Positions 7,833 through 17,511 of a stretch of DNA of 32,000 bases are shown here, piece after piece. The notes beneath the pieces were generated by a model. That model was not told where the DNA came from, did not search any database, and worked only from the letters and a program-made list of their open reading frames with translations. Both the position numbers and the translations under genes were made by a program. The DNA is from Idiomarina loihiensis L2TR (GTDB taxonomy: Bacteria > Pseudomonadota > Gammaproteobacteria > Enterobacterales > Alteromonadaceae): the NCBI RefSeq assembly GCF_000008465.1, contig NC_006512.1:480001-512000 (forward strand). Direction: 5' to 3'. The first letter of the stretch is position 1; each line of letters starts with the position of its first letter.

Positions 7833-10800
7833 TGAATATAGCTCAATACAGCATGGAGCGAAAAACCACGAGCTGGATGTTATTTCTCATCCTGTTAATT
7901 GGTGGTCTGGTTGCCCTGACTCAACTCGGTCGCCTGGAAGACCCCAAGTTCACAATTAAGCAGGCCATGGTCATTACGCCATACCCGGGCGCATCGGCTC
8001 AGCAGGTAGAAGAAGAGGTAACCTATAAGCTGGAAAATGCGATTCAGGAGCTAAGTTACGTTGACCACGTTAAGTCTATTTCCAAGCCCGGGTTGTCGCA
8101 AATAACGGTTGAGATGAAAAGCATCTACCGCGAAGAGCACTTGCACCAAATATGGGACGAATTGCGGCGTAAAATTAACGACACCAAAGGTCAGCTTCCT
8201 CCGGGCACCAGCGAGCCTATTATTCGCGATGACTTTGCTGACGTGTATGGCGTTATGATGGCCATTACCGGGCCCGATTATTCCTATAAAGATATTGAGC
8301 ATTATGCTGACTTTTTGCGTCGTGAACTGGTTTTAGTTGATGGTGTAGGCAAAGTCACTCTTGCGGGAGAGCAACAAGAGCAGGTTGTGGTAGAAGTGTC
8401 GCGCTCACGCCTGGCAAATTTTGGGGTTCCCCCCAGCCGTATTGCTGGGCTGCTGCAAACTCAGAATGCCGTAGCAAACGCCGGACGGGTAACCGTTGAT
8501 CAGGAAGCATTGCGCATTGCAACCAGCGGTGAATTTGCCAATGTGGAAGATATGGCAAAGCTGGTTATTAGTAACCCCGGTGCTGAACAGCGTATCTACT
8601 TGCGTGATGTAGCGACCATTTATCGTGAAACCAAAGACATTCCGGATCATGTGGTGCGCTATAACGGAAAGGCTTCCTTGTGGCTGGCATTGTCGTTTGC
8701 GGATAACGTGAATGTTGTCGAAGTGGGCGAGCGTCTGCAAAAACGAATGGATGAGCTGGAGTATGCTAAGCCGATAGGGATGTCTGTCGACCGTATTTAC
8801 GATCAGCCGCATCAAGTTGAAAACTCAGTTAATGATTTTCTGCTGAACCTGGTAGAGGCGGTGGCCATCGTTATTATTGCATTACTGCTGACCATGGGCT
8901 TCCGTAGTGGCTTGCTTATTGGCACGGTACTGTTGTTGACGGTGCTGGGGACCTTCATTTTTATGCGCCTGGGAGATATTAACCTGCAACGAGTTTCCCT
9001 CGGTGCGTTGATTATTGCGCTGGGCATGCTGGTGGATAACGCGATAGTCATTGCCGACGGTATTATGGTCGGTATGCGACGGGGCATGAGTAAAGTGGAT
9101 GCCGCCGTTAGCGTGGTCAAGCAAAACCAGTGGCCGCTACTGGGAGCGACTGTTATCGGTATTATTGCCTTCGCGCCAATCGGTTTATCGTCAGACGCCA
9201 CTGGTGAATTTGCCGGGAGTTTATTCTGGGTGATGCTCATCTCCTTGCTGCTGAGTTGGGTGACTGCACTGACCCTCATTCCGTTTTTAGCCGACCGCTT
9301 ATACTCTGCGAAGGACATTGGTAATAGCGATGAGCAGGACGATGTCTTTTCTCATCCGGTTTATCGTGGCTATAAGAAAATGCTGGCTGTTTGTTTGCGT
9401 CACCGCATTATCAGTATGCTGGTAATGCTCGTGACGTTGGTGGCAGCGGTGGTTGGATTCGGACAGGCGAAACAAGCATTTTTCCCGCCATCGACAACGC
9501 CGTTATTTTATGTCGATCTCTGGTATCCACAGGGTACCGACATTCGTCATACCGAACAGGACTCTAAGCGCCTGGAAGACTACTTGCTGGAGAAAAGTGA
9601 AGTGACCTCCGTAGCCACGACCATAGGTCAGGGAGCCCCGCGGTTTACCTTAACTTATCTGGTGGAAAAAAGTTACGAAAGTTATGCGCAGCTACTGGTA
9701 CGGGTAGAAGACAAAGACGTTATGGACTCTTTAATGCGTGACATTCGTCAGCGAATTCGTGAAGAGCATCCGGACGTAGAGGACAAACTGATACGGGTTG
9801 AAATTGGTCCGGCTACTCCGGCAAAAATTGAAGCACGTTTTTCCGGCCCGGATATTGATACCCTGCGTGAGTTAAGTAAAAAGGCCCAGGCCATTCTTGC
9901 CGAAGACTCAGGCGCAGTAAACATTCGTTCAGACTGGCGTACGCCGACCAAATTGTTGCGGCCGGAATACGACGAAGCGGCAGGCCGGCGCGCCGGCATT
10001 ACGAAAGAAGACGTGAATAACCTGCTACTGGCTAATTTTGTTGGCCGACAAATTGGCATTTACCGCGATGGCACTGATTTATTACCGATAGTGCAGCGTG
10101 CGCCTGCAGCTGAGCGGGTCGACTTAGACAACTGGCAGGAACTGCAAATTTACAGTCCGGCGTTCGACCGTTTTGTACCTTTGGCTCAAGTTGCACGTTC
10201 AATTGATGTCGTTTGGGAAGACCCTTTAATACTCCGCCGTGACCGTAAGCGAACACTCACTGTTATGGCCGATCACGACTTACTGGGAGAGGAAACGGCC
10301 GCGCAAGTATTTGAGCGGGTCCGGCCTAAGCTTGAGGCTATCGACTTGCCGCTAGGCTACGAATTAACCTGGGGCGGCGAGCATGAAGCCGCTGGTAAAG
10401 CCGAAAAAGCGTTGTTTGGTGCCTTGCCCTTAGGTTTTCTGGTGATGTTTATTATCACCGTGCTGCTGTTTAACAGCATTCGTCAGGCCGCTGTGTTGTG
10501 GACGACCGTACCACTTTCCATTATTGGTGTGACTGTTGGGCTCCTGCTGTTGGATAAACCCTTTGGCTTTATGGCGTTACTCGGCTTCCTCAGCCTTTCC
10601 GGCATGCTGATTAAAAACGGTGTGGTGTTACTGGAACAAGTGAATGCTGAGCTTGACGCCGGTAAAGAAGCAACCCATGCGTTAAGCGATGCTGCGGTTA
10701 GCCGTGTTCGTCCGGTAGGCATGGCGGCAGCCACCACCATTTTGGGGATGATCCCGCTGCTGTTCGATGACTTCTTTGCCAGCATGGCAACGGTCATCAT

Positions 10801-10885
10801 GTTTGGTCTCGGTTTTGCCACTTTGCTGACCTTGTTTGTTGTGCCTGTCATGTACGCCATAGTGCAACGAGTACCGCGCCCGTAA
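7832..10885 (+). CDS. RND efflux permease, AcrB/MdtB-like (HAE1 type)
   Basis: 1017 aa. N-terminal TM followed by a large periplasmic loop (PKFTIKQAMVITPYPGASAQQVEEEVT). 12-TM AcrB-type layout. Start overlaps the adaptor stop by 1 nt. Confidence 0.85.
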   Translation: MNIAQYSMERKTTSWMLFLILLIGGLVALTQLGRLEDPKFTIKQAMVITPYPGASAQQVEEEVTYKLENAIQELSYVDHVKSISKPGLSQITVEMKSIYREEHLHQIWDELRRKINDTKGQLPPGTSEPIIRDDFADVYGVMMAITGPDYSYKDIEHYADFLRRELVLVDGVGKVTLAGEQQEQVVVEVSRSRLANFGVPPSRIAGLLQTQNAVANAGRVTVDQEALRIATSGEFANVEDMAKLVISNPGAEQRIYLRDVATIYRETKDIPDHVVRYNGKASLWLALSFADNVNVVEVGERLQKRMDELEYAKPIGMSVDRIYDQPHQVENSVNDFLLNLVEAVAIVIIALLLTMGFRSGLLIGTVLLLTVLGTFIFMRLGDINLQRVSLGALIIALGMLVDNAIVIADGIMVGMRRGMSKVDAAVSVVKQNQWPLLGATVIGIIAFAPIGLSSDATGEFAGSLFWVMLISLLLSWVTALTLIPFLADRLYSAKDIGNSDEQDDVFSHPVYRGYKKMLAVCLRHRIISMLVMLVTLVAAVVGFGQAKQAFFPPSTTPLFYVDLWYPQGTDIRHTEQDSKRLEDYLLEKSEVTSVATTIGQGAPRFTLTYLVEKSYESYAQLLVRVEDKDVMDSLMRDIRQRIREEHPDVEDKLIRVEIGPATPAKIEARFSGPDIDTLRELSKKAQAILAEDSGAVNIRSDWRTPTKLLRPEYDEAAGRRAGITKEDVNNLLLANFVGRQIGIYRDGTDLLPIVQRAPAAERVDLDNWQELQIYSPAFDRFVPLAQVARSIDVVWEDPLILRRDRKRTLTVMADHDLLGEETAAQVFERVRPKLEAIDLPLGYELTWGGEHEAAGKAEKALFGALPLGFLVMFIITVLLFNSIRQAAVLWTTVPLSIIGVTVGLLLLDKPFGFMALLGFLSLSGMLIKNGVVLLEQVNAELDAGKEATHALSDAAVSRVRPVGMAAATTILGMIPLLFDDFFASMATVIMFGLGFATLLTLFVVPVMYAIVQRVPRP

Positions 10886-11026
10886 CCCGGGCGCATTCAC
10901 CCCATTTATACCCTGAATTATCTGTTTTATAGCCCCGTGTCATGGGAATTTAACAGTAAAATCCGTATAATGCGCCGCACTAGTGAACCGTCTAGAATTC
11001 ATGCAAGCAAATGAGAGGTACTATAA

Positions 11027-13615
11027 GTGCTTAAAGAATATCGTCAGCACGTAGAAGAGCGCGCCGCAGAAGGCATCCCTCCGAAGCCATTAAATGCCGA
11101 GCAAGTAGCCGATTTAGTGGAATTACTGAAAAATCCCCCAGCAGGCGAGGAAGACTTCCTGGTTGAGCTGCTGGCCGAGCGTGTACCGCCGGGCGTGGAT
11201 GAAGCAGCCTATGTTAAAGCAGGCTTTTTAAGCGCCGTTGTTAAGGGCGAAATTGAAAGTCCGGTTGTGAGTAAAGAATACGCAGTGAAGCTGTTGGGCA
11301 ATATGCACGGCGGTTACAACATCGTCACTTTGGTGGAATTGCTGGACGACTCTCAGCTGGCTGAACTGGCGGCAAAAGAACTGAAAGAAACCATCTTAAT
11401 GTTCGACGCTTTCCACGACGTGGAAGAGAAAATGAAAGCCGGTAATGCGCTGGCGAAAGAAGTGGTTGAATCCTGGGCCAATGCTGAATGGTTTACCAAC
11501 AGCGACGAGCTGGCTAAGTCCATTAAAGCAACTGTCTTTAAAGTGACTGGCGAAACCAATACCGATGATCTGTCTCCGGCACCAGATGCATGGTCTCGTC
11601 CGGACATTCCTTTGCATGCTAAAGCGATGTACAAAATGCCACGCGAAGGCATTACCGATGCGGGCAAGCAGATTGAAGAATTAAAAGAAAAAGGTCACCC
11701 GGTTGCCTTCGTTGGCGACGTAGTGGGTACCGGTTCTTCACGGAAATCAGCGACCAACTCGGTATTGTGGAACATCGGCGAAGACATGCCGGGCACACCG
11801 AACAAACGTGCCGGCGGTATCTGCATCGGTTCTAAAGTTGCGCCTATTTTCTTCAATACCATGAAAGACGCAGGTGCGTTGGTGTTTGAAGCCGACGTTG
11901 AAAAAATGAACATGGGCGATGTCATCACTATCTACCCATACGAAGGCAAAATCGAGAACGAAGCCGGCGAAATTATCGCTGAATACGATTATGCGTCCCG
12001 CGTCATTCTGGATGAAGTCCGTGCCGGTGGCCGTATTAACCTGATCATTGGTCGTGGCCTGACAGAAAAAGCACGTGAATCTCTGGGCATGGGTCCATCA
12101 GACTTATTCCGTAAGCCAGAGCAACCGGCAGACAGCGGTAAAGGTTTCTCGCTGGCGCAGAAGTTGGTCGGTAAAGCTTGTGGTATGGAAGGTGTTCGTC
12201 CGGGCGCTTATTGCGAACCTAAGATGACCACTGTCGGCTCTCAGGACACTACCGGTCCTATGACTCGTGACGAACTAAAAGACCTGGCATGCCTTGGTTT
12301 TAACTCAGACTTAGTTATGCAGTCGTTCTGCCACACCGCCGCTTATCCTAAGCCCGTTGACGTTGAAACTCAGCACACCTTGCCTGACTTTATCATGAAC
12401 CGTGGCGGCGTAAGTTTGCGTCCTGGCGACGGTATCATCCACAGCTGGTTGAACCGTATGTTGTTGCCAGACACAGTTGGTACTGGTGGCGATTCGCACA
12501 CGCGTTTCCCGCTGGGCATTTCATTCCCGGCAGGCTCTGGTCTGGTCGCGTTCGCTGCAGCTACCGGTGTTATGCCGCTGGATATGCCTGAATCTGTATT
12601 GGTGCGCTTTAAAGGTGAAATGCAGCCGGGTATCACCCTGCGTGACTTAGTTCATGCCATTCCTGCATTCGCTATCAAAGAAGGTCACCTGACCGTTGAT
12701 AAGCGTGGCAAGAAGAACATTTTCTCAGGTCGTATCTTAGAAATTGAAGGTCTTGATCACTTAACCGTTGAGCAGGCATTTGAATTGTCTGATGCTTCTG
12801 CTGAGCGTTCTGCTGCCGGTTGTACCATCGATTTGTCTGAAGAGTCGGTTGCCGAGTACCTGCGTTCAAACATCACTATGCTGCGTTGGATGATCAACGA
12901 AGGCTACGGCGATGCGCGTACGTTGGAGCGTCGTGCCCGTAAGATGGAAGAATGGTTAGAGAACCCGCAGCTAACGCGTGCCGACAAAGATGCCGACTAT
13001 TCTACGGTTATCGAAATTGACCTGAACGACATTAAAGAGCCTATCGTTTGCTGCCCGAACGACCCGGACGACGCGAAGTTCCTGAGCGAAGTTTCAGGTA
13101 ATAACGTTGATGAAGTCTTCATTGGTTCGTGCATGACCAACATTGGTCACTTCCGTGCGGCGGGTAAATTGTTAGAGAAAAACTCTGACCCATTAAATAC
13201 CCGTTTGTGGATTGCACCACCAACGAAAATGGACAAAGCGCAGCTGGAAGTTGAAGGGTATTACGACATTTATGAGCGTAATGGCGTTCGTACCGAAATG
13301 CCGGGTTGTTCACTGTGTATGGGTAACCAGGCACGGGTAGAACCGGGCGCAACGGTGCTGTCTACCTCAACCCGTAACTTCCCGAACCGTTTGGGTGATG
13401 GCGCTAACGTTTACCTGACTTCTGCAGAGCTTGCCGCTGTCGGTGCAATTGTTGGTCGTCTGCCAACACCGGAAGAATACCTGGAGTACGCACAGGACAT
13501 CAACTCAATGGCTGGCGAAGTCTATAAATACCTGAACTTCGACCAGATGGATGCCTTCCGCGACGCAGAAAAAGCGGCCAAGGAAAACATCATCCCAACC
13601 ATCAACGTGGCTTAA
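11027..13615 (+). CDS. acnB: Aconitate hydratase B / 2-methylisocitrate dehydratase
   Basis: 862 aa with a GTG start. Collinear with E. coli AcnB from MLxEYRxH to the end. Conserved blocks [48 protein letters not shown] and [11 protein letters not shown]. Confidence 0.95.
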   Translation: MLKEYRQHVEERAAEGIPPKPLNAEQVADLVELLKNPPAGEEDFLVELLAERVPPGVDEAAYVKAGFLSAVVKGEIESPVVSKEYAVKLLGNMHGGYNIVTLVELLDDSQLAELAAKELKETILMFDAFHDVEEKMKAGNALAKEVVESWANAEWFTNSDELAKSIKATVFKVTGETNTDDLSPAPDAWSRPDIPLHAKAMYKMPREGITDAGKQIEELKEKGHPVAFVGDVVGTGSSRKSATNSVLWNIGEDMPGTPNKRAGGICIGSKVAPIFFNTMKDAGALVFEADVEKMNMGDVITIYPYEGKIENEAGEIIAEYDYASRVILDEVRAGGRINLIIGRGLTEKARESLGMGPSDLFRKPEQPADSGKGFSLAQKLVGKACGMEGVRPGAYCEPKMTTVGSQDTTGPMTRDELKDLACLGFNSDLVMQSFCHTAAYPKPVDVETQHTLPDFIMNRGGVSLRPGDGIIHSWLNRMLLPDTVGTGGDSHTRFPLGISFPAGSGLVAFAAATGVMPLDMPESVLVRFKGEMQPGITLRDLVHAIPAFAIKEGHLTVDKRGKKNIFSGRILEIEGLDHLTVEQAFELSDASAERSAAGCTIDLSEESVAEYLRSNITMLRWMINEGYGDARTLERRARKMEEWLENPQLTRADKDADYSTVIEIDLNDIKEPIVCCPNDPDDAKFLSEVSGNNVDEVFIGSCMTNIGHFRAAGKLLEKNSDPLNTRLWIAPPTKMDKAQLEVEGYYDIYERNGVRTEMPGCSLCMGNQARVEPGATVLSTSTRNFPNRLGDGANVYLTSAELAAVGAIVGRLPTPEEYLEYAQDINSMAGEVYKYLNFDQMDAFRDAEKAAKENIIPTINVA

Positions 13616-13744
13616 TGAGTGCTTAGGTTGCAAGGACTCTTTACGAGGACGCCCGCAAGTACTTCCCTGTAGGGCTTGGGCAGCGCCATCCATGGCGCTG
13701 CACACCTCGTTAAGAGTCCTCGCAACCGTTGATCGCACTCATTA
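13613..13744 (-). repeat. Family-A structured repeat, copy A2; its first bases are the acnB stop codon
   Basis: Same core as A1 (GACGCCCGCAAGTACTTCCCTGTAGGGCTTGGGCAGCGCCATCCATGGCGCTGCACAC). Different but self-complementary arms: TAATGAGTGC/GCACTCATTA and AGGACTCTTTACGAGG/CCTCGTTAAGAGTCCT. Confidence 0.9.
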
Positions 13745-13754
13745 GCAATTTATA

Positions 13755-13777
13755 AAACCGCTTCGGCGGTTTTTTTG
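13755..13777 (+). terminator. Rho-independent terminator downstream of acnB and A2
   Basis: AAAACCGC-TTCG-GCGGTTTT stem-loop followed by a T-run (13770-13776). Confidence 0.75.
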
Positions 13778-13790
13778 TGTCCGATATTCA

Positions 13791-13816
13791 GTAGCCTGAT
13801 GTTCACATCAGGTGGG
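13791..13816 (+). repeat. Solitary REP unit
   Basis: GTAGCCTGATGTTCACATCAGGTGGG: GTAG head plus an 18-nt hairpin (CCTGATG-TTCA-CATCAGG). Confidence 0.8.
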
Positions 13817-13865
13817 ATACTGTCTCTTAGTGAGGAAAAAGAAAGATTAGCGCGTGCGTAAGAAA

Positions 13866-14027
13866 GGGGCAGGTTCTTCACTTATGAGCGTTATGAGTGT
13901 TGAGTACTTCTGTGGCGGAGTGTCGAAGGCCATGGAAGGCCTTCGTCAAGCCCTCATGGATGAGCTCGTAGCGTCTCCGTCACAGAAGTACTCAATGCTC
14001 AAGCGAAATAAGTGAAGAACCTGCCCC
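13866..14027 (+). repeat. Family-C structured repeat, copy C1 (about 162-nt long hairpin with a conserved core)
   Basis: GGGGCAGGTTCTTCACTT...AAGTGAAGAACCTGCCCC outer 18-bp stem. Inner stem of about 26 bp (3 G-T). Core GGAG-TGT-CGAAGGCC-ATGGAA-GGCCTTCG-TCAAGCCCT-CATGGATGAGCTCGTA-GCGTCTCC. Confidence 0.9.
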
Positions 14028-14050
14028 TACCTGATAGCGGGGCTTTTGTT

Positions 14051-15793
14051 CTATTTCTGCTCGGCAATCCAGTCGTTGATGTGCTGCTCGAGTACTTTCA
14101 GTGGCACGCTGCCGTTTTCCAGTACCGCATCGTGGAATTCTCGAATATCGAACTTATCACCCAGCTGTTGCTCGGCTTCTGCACGCAAACGCTTAATGGT
14201 CAGTTCGCCCAACTTGTACGAAAGTGCCTGCGCAGGCCAGGTAATGTAACGGTCAATTTCGGTTTTCACATTATGCAGTGACAACGCGGTGTTATTGGCC
14301 ATAAAGTCCATTGCACGTTCACGACTCCAGCCTTTTGCATGCATACCGGTATCCACCACTAAGCGCGCCGCGCGCCACATTTCGTAGCTTAAACGACCAA
14401 AGTTGCTGTAAGGGTCTTCATAGAAACCGGCTTCCAGACCTAAGTACTCAGAGTACAGACCCCAACCTTCACCAAACGCAGAAATATAGGTTTGCTGGCG
14501 GTACTCTGGTAAATCTTCCAACTCGCCGGCAATAGCGTTTTGTAAATGATGACCCGGAACGGCTTCGTGCAATGTCAGCGCTTCCATCTGATATAACGGA
14601 CGGCGATCCAGTGCGTAGGTATTGACCCAGTAGAAACCGGCGCGGTCGTCGCGATTCGTTCCAGAATAGCGACCTGTGGTGTATTTCGGTGCTATTTCTT
14701 CAGGAACCGGGGCAATGCCGTATGGCTTCCGTGGTAGGGTCTTGAACAGCTTGGGTAATTCGCCATCCATCTTTTTTGCTATCCAGGCAGCGTAATGCAG
14801 CAATTCTTCTGCGGTTTCCGGATAGAACTGGTCGTCGGTACGTAAGAACTCGACGAACTCATCAAAGCTGCCATCAAACCCGCTTGCTTCAATAGCTTCC
14901 AGCATTTCACCACGAATACGCGCCACTTCCTGTAGACCAATTTGGTGAATTTCATCCGCAGTTAAATCTAACGTAGTGTAATGTTTAATACGGTTTTGAT
15001 AAAAAGCGTCGCCATTCGGCAGTTCGCTGGCACCAATGGTTTCACGTGCATTTGGAAGATACTCGGTGACCATAAAGTTGAAGTAGTCGTCATACGCCGG
15101 CATGACTTGCTGGTCAATGGCTGTTAAGGCATCTTCTTTTAGTTGCTTCCATTGCTCGTCATTAATAAAGCCCGGTTGTTCGGAAAACGGCGAGAAATAA
15201 ACGCTTTGATCAGCGTCCTGTACAATGTAGGCCAGTATACTCTCTTCAAAGCCCGCCATTGCGGCAGCTGGCTGGGTATAACCTTCTTCTATCGCCTTAC
15301 GCAACCAATGCGTTTGTTGTTCCATGTAACGAGGAATGGAACGCAGTTTCGCAATGTAATTCTGATAATCTTCAGCCGAAGAGAACGAGGTGTACGATGG
15401 CATAAAAGCAAGAGAACTATGGAAACTACCCTCTGCTGTCAATGGCATGTAGTGTGCTTTAAAACGATACTCATCTACTTTATTTTTTAACGTATAATGG
15501 ATCATCGCATGATTAATTTGGTCATCCCGGCTAAGCGCGTTAAGGTTAACGGCGTTAAGCTGTTCGAGCCACTTTGAGCGTTGTTGATAGCGTTTTTCTA
15601 ACGCCTCCGGTGACATATCGGTCAGCTCAGTATCGCTGGACTTATTCAGTTCTTCCCAGATAGTGTCAGCCAGCTGATGAAACTCGGCAGCAGGGCTCAG
15701 TTGCTGTGTGCTGCTACGCTGGGTTTGGTTATCAGCTGTGGTGGTGCAGGCAGTAACGCCCAGCAAACCAAAAATAAGTATCAGATTGCGCAT
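14051..15793 (-). CDS. DUF885-family lipoprotein (putative metallopeptidase-like)
   Basis: Long ORF containing a HEAVPGHH motif, which I associate with DUF885. I prefer the start at 15793 (MRNLILIFGLLGVTAC lipobox, AAGGA SD 7 nt upstream) over the ORF-track start at 15829. Confidence 0.75.
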   Translation of the reverse strand: MRNLILIFGLLGVTACTTTADNQTQRSSTQQLSPAAEFHQLADTIWEELNKSSDTELTDMSPEALEKRYQQRSKWLEQLNAVNLNALSRDDQINHAMIHYTLKNKVDEYRFKAHYMPLTAEGSFHSSLAFMPSYTSFSSAEDYQNYIAKLRSIPRYMEQQTHWLRKAIEEGYTQPAAAMAGFEESILAYIVQDADQSVYFSPFSEQPGFINDEQWKQLKEDALTAIDQQVMPAYDDYFNFMVTEYLPNARETIGASELPNGDAFYQNRIKHYTTLDLTADEIHQIGLQEVARIRGEMLEAIEASGFDGSFDEFVEFLRTDDQFYPETAEELLHYAAWIAKKMDGELPKLFKTLPRKPYGIAPVPEEIAPKYTTGRYSGTNRDDRAGFYWVNTYALDRRPLYQMEALTLHEAVPGHHLQNAIAGELEDLPEYRQQTYISAFGEGWGLYSEYLGLEAGFYEDPYSNFGRLSYEMWRAARLVVDTGMHAKGWSRERAMDFMANNTALSLHNVKTEIDRYITWPAQALSYKLGELTIKRLRAEAEQQLGDKFDIREFHDAVLENGSVPLKVLEQHINDWIAEQK

Positions 15794-15909
15794 GATTTTT
15801 CCTTGCGGTGTCATAACGAATACAGGCATTCTATAATGCCTCTTACGCTAATTAATGTAAAAGCGAATAGAACGAACCCACAAAAATAACAGTTAAATGG
15901 GAGAATAGG

Positions 15910-16875
15910 GTGGATAAAGCTCAGTCAGGAGTCTACGCGGAACCTAATCTGCATGGTCTGACGTTGTTTTGTCATGTCATGAGCGACGACGTTGAAAGTT
16001 TACGTCGCAAGTTAGCTCGTTTTCCAGCAATTTTACGCGATCTTGACGCCCGTTTCTCTGAAGGCATGTTAACAGGCTTTGTTGGCATAGGGGCGGACTA
16101 CTGGGATATTCTTTATCCGCATAAGCGACCGCTTCACTTGCAGGCTTTTCCCGAGCTCAGCGATGGCGACCGTGAAGCGCCAAGACACCCCTATGATCTT
16201 GTTATACAGATTCGTTGTGATCGTTTTGACGCTAACTACTTGGCGGGACGCACGTTAATGGAATGGTTTGGCTACGACATTGAAGTGGCTGAGCAAATCC
16301 GTTCCTTTCGTTATCTGGACGGCCGCGACTTAACCGGCTTTATCGATGCGCCGGATAACCCGCGGGGTATGCGCAAGCGTAATGTCGCTTTAGTTGAGGC
16401 GCAGGACGATGCGGACTTTGTCGACGGCAGCTACTTATTCGTACAGAAGTTTCGGCATGACTTGCGTCGTTGGGACTACTTAGGCCCTGAAAAGCAGGAG
16501 CTGCTAATGGGACGCGAGAAAGTATCTGGTGAACGTTTATCAGAAGCCAAAATCGAAGGTGTCACTCACGCTGCGAAAAGTCGCTTAATTGATAGTAGCG
16601 AACAGCCTATTCCACTATTGCGGCAGAATATGCCCTGGGGCGACTTGCGCGAACAGGGGCTTCTGGCAATGTATTTTAGCCATTCGCCTAAAATGGTTGT
16701 TCAGTGGCTAAAGAACCGTTATTACGCCGACGAACAGGGAGCTTACGACCCTTTACTAGATTACTCACAAGCCGTGTCCAGCTCAGGTTTTTTTGTTCCT
16801 TCAATGCGCTTTATGGAAGCGAACAAAGAAGTTGCCGACGACATAGCTGACTATGAAGAGGGCAGTACCGCCTGA
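15910..16875 (+). CDS. Dye-decolorizing (Dyp-type) peroxidase, YfeX-like
   Basis: 321 aa with a GTG start preceded by GGGAGA. Collinear with E. coli YfeX as I recall it (QSG..., [34 protein letters not shown]). Confidence 0.8.
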   Translation: MDKAQSGVYAEPNLHGLTLFCHVMSDDVESLRRKLARFPAILRDLDARFSEGMLTGFVGIGADYWDILYPHKRPLHLQAFPELSDGDREAPRHPYDLVIQIRCDRFDANYLAGRTLMEWFGYDIEVAEQIRSFRYLDGRDLTGFIDAPDNPRGMRKRNVALVEAQDDADFVDGSYLFVQKFRHDLRRWDYLGPEKQELLMGREKVSGERLSEAKIEGVTHAAKSRLIDSSEQPIPLLRQNMPWGDLREQGLLAMYFSHSPKMVVQWLKNRYYADEQGAYDPLLDYSQAVSSSGFFVPSMRFMEANKEVADDIADYEEGSTA

Positions 16876-17324
16876 TTCGCAAACAGCTCGCGTACTTTTC
16901 GCAGAGTGAATTCAATATCAGCAACTTTAAGCGGTGCAATAAAAATCGTGTCGTCACCAGCAATAGTACCAAGTACGCCTTCCTTTTTACCGACCGAATC
17001 CAGCAACCGCGCAATTAACTGGGCGGCGCCCGGGCTTGTGCGAATAATGACCATCACATCATTATGCTGAATATCCAGTACAAGCTGGCTTAATGGTGCC
17101 CGGGTGGAAGGCACGGCTAAATCAGGCGGTAAACAGTAGACCATTTCCTGTTTCGCATTGCGGGTACGAACCGCTCCTTGCTTACTCAGCATGCGCGACA
17201 CTTTAGACTGGCTAATGTTATCAAAGCCCTCGGCTTTTAAGGCGTTAACAATTTCTCCCTGAGAGCCGTAACGCTCTTCGCGGAGCAAAGTTTTAAAAGC
17301 TTCGAGTAACGTGTCCTGCACCAT
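16851..17324 (-). CDS. argR: Arginine repressor
   Basis: 157 aa. Strong identity to E. coli ArgR ([49 protein letters not shown]). Divergent from mdh, as in E. coli. Confidence 0.95.
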   Translation of the reverse strand: MVQDTLLEAFKTLLREERYGSQGEIVNALKAEGFDNISQSKVSRMLSKQGAVRTRNAKQEMVYCLPPDLAVPSTRAPLSQLVLDIQHNDVMVIIRTSPGAAQLIARLLDSVGKKEGVLGTIAGDDTIFIAPLKVADIEFTLRKVRELFANQAVLPSS

Positions 17325-17511
17325 GTGAGTGTCAAATTCCTATGCTGTTTACGTGCTATAATAATAGACAGTGTACTGCATAAAGATGCGCTATTCGAGT
17401 GCTGAATGTGTATCGCGCAAAGTTGTATTTTTATTGATATAGGAGTACAGTTTTGCCCCAAATCCTGCATTTTTAAGCAGTTTAAATTGACCAACAAAAA
17501 CGGAGTCTGAG

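Noticed and set aside
10876-10895. A GC-rich hairpin, GCGCCCG-TAACC-CGGGCGC, overlapping the stop of the second RND pump gene, considered as a terminator.
   Set aside because: No T-run follows it (ATTCACCCCATTT), so it is not a convincing intrinsic terminator. It is left unannotated.
13613-14027. A CRISPR array, as an explanation for the repeated palindromic units.
   Set aside because: - The units are 130-200 nt and dispersed over the window in different spacers.
- They are not regularly interspaced by unique spacers of similar size.
- No cas genes are present.
13866-14027. A tRNA-like or tmRNA-like gene, suggested by the multiloop with two hairpins closed by a long stem in families A and C.
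   Set aside because: - There is no T-loop (GTTCRA) or D-loop consensus.
- There is no acceptor/CCA geometry.
- The arm lengths (18 + 26 bp) are incompatible with a tRNA fold.
15794-15829. A 12-codon N-terminal extension of the DUF885 ORF (MPVFVMTPQGKI).
   Set aside because: The downstream ATG at 15793 is preceded by an AAGGA SD and starts a typical lipoprotein signal peptide (MRNLILIFGLLGVTAC).
17325-17511. ARG boxes in the argR-mdh divergent spacer.
   Set aside because: I found only weak half-site-like matches (TGCATAAAGATGCG, ATTCGAGTGCTGAAT). There is no convincing pair of 18-bp TGAAT-N4-ATTCA palindromes, so they are not reported as a feature.
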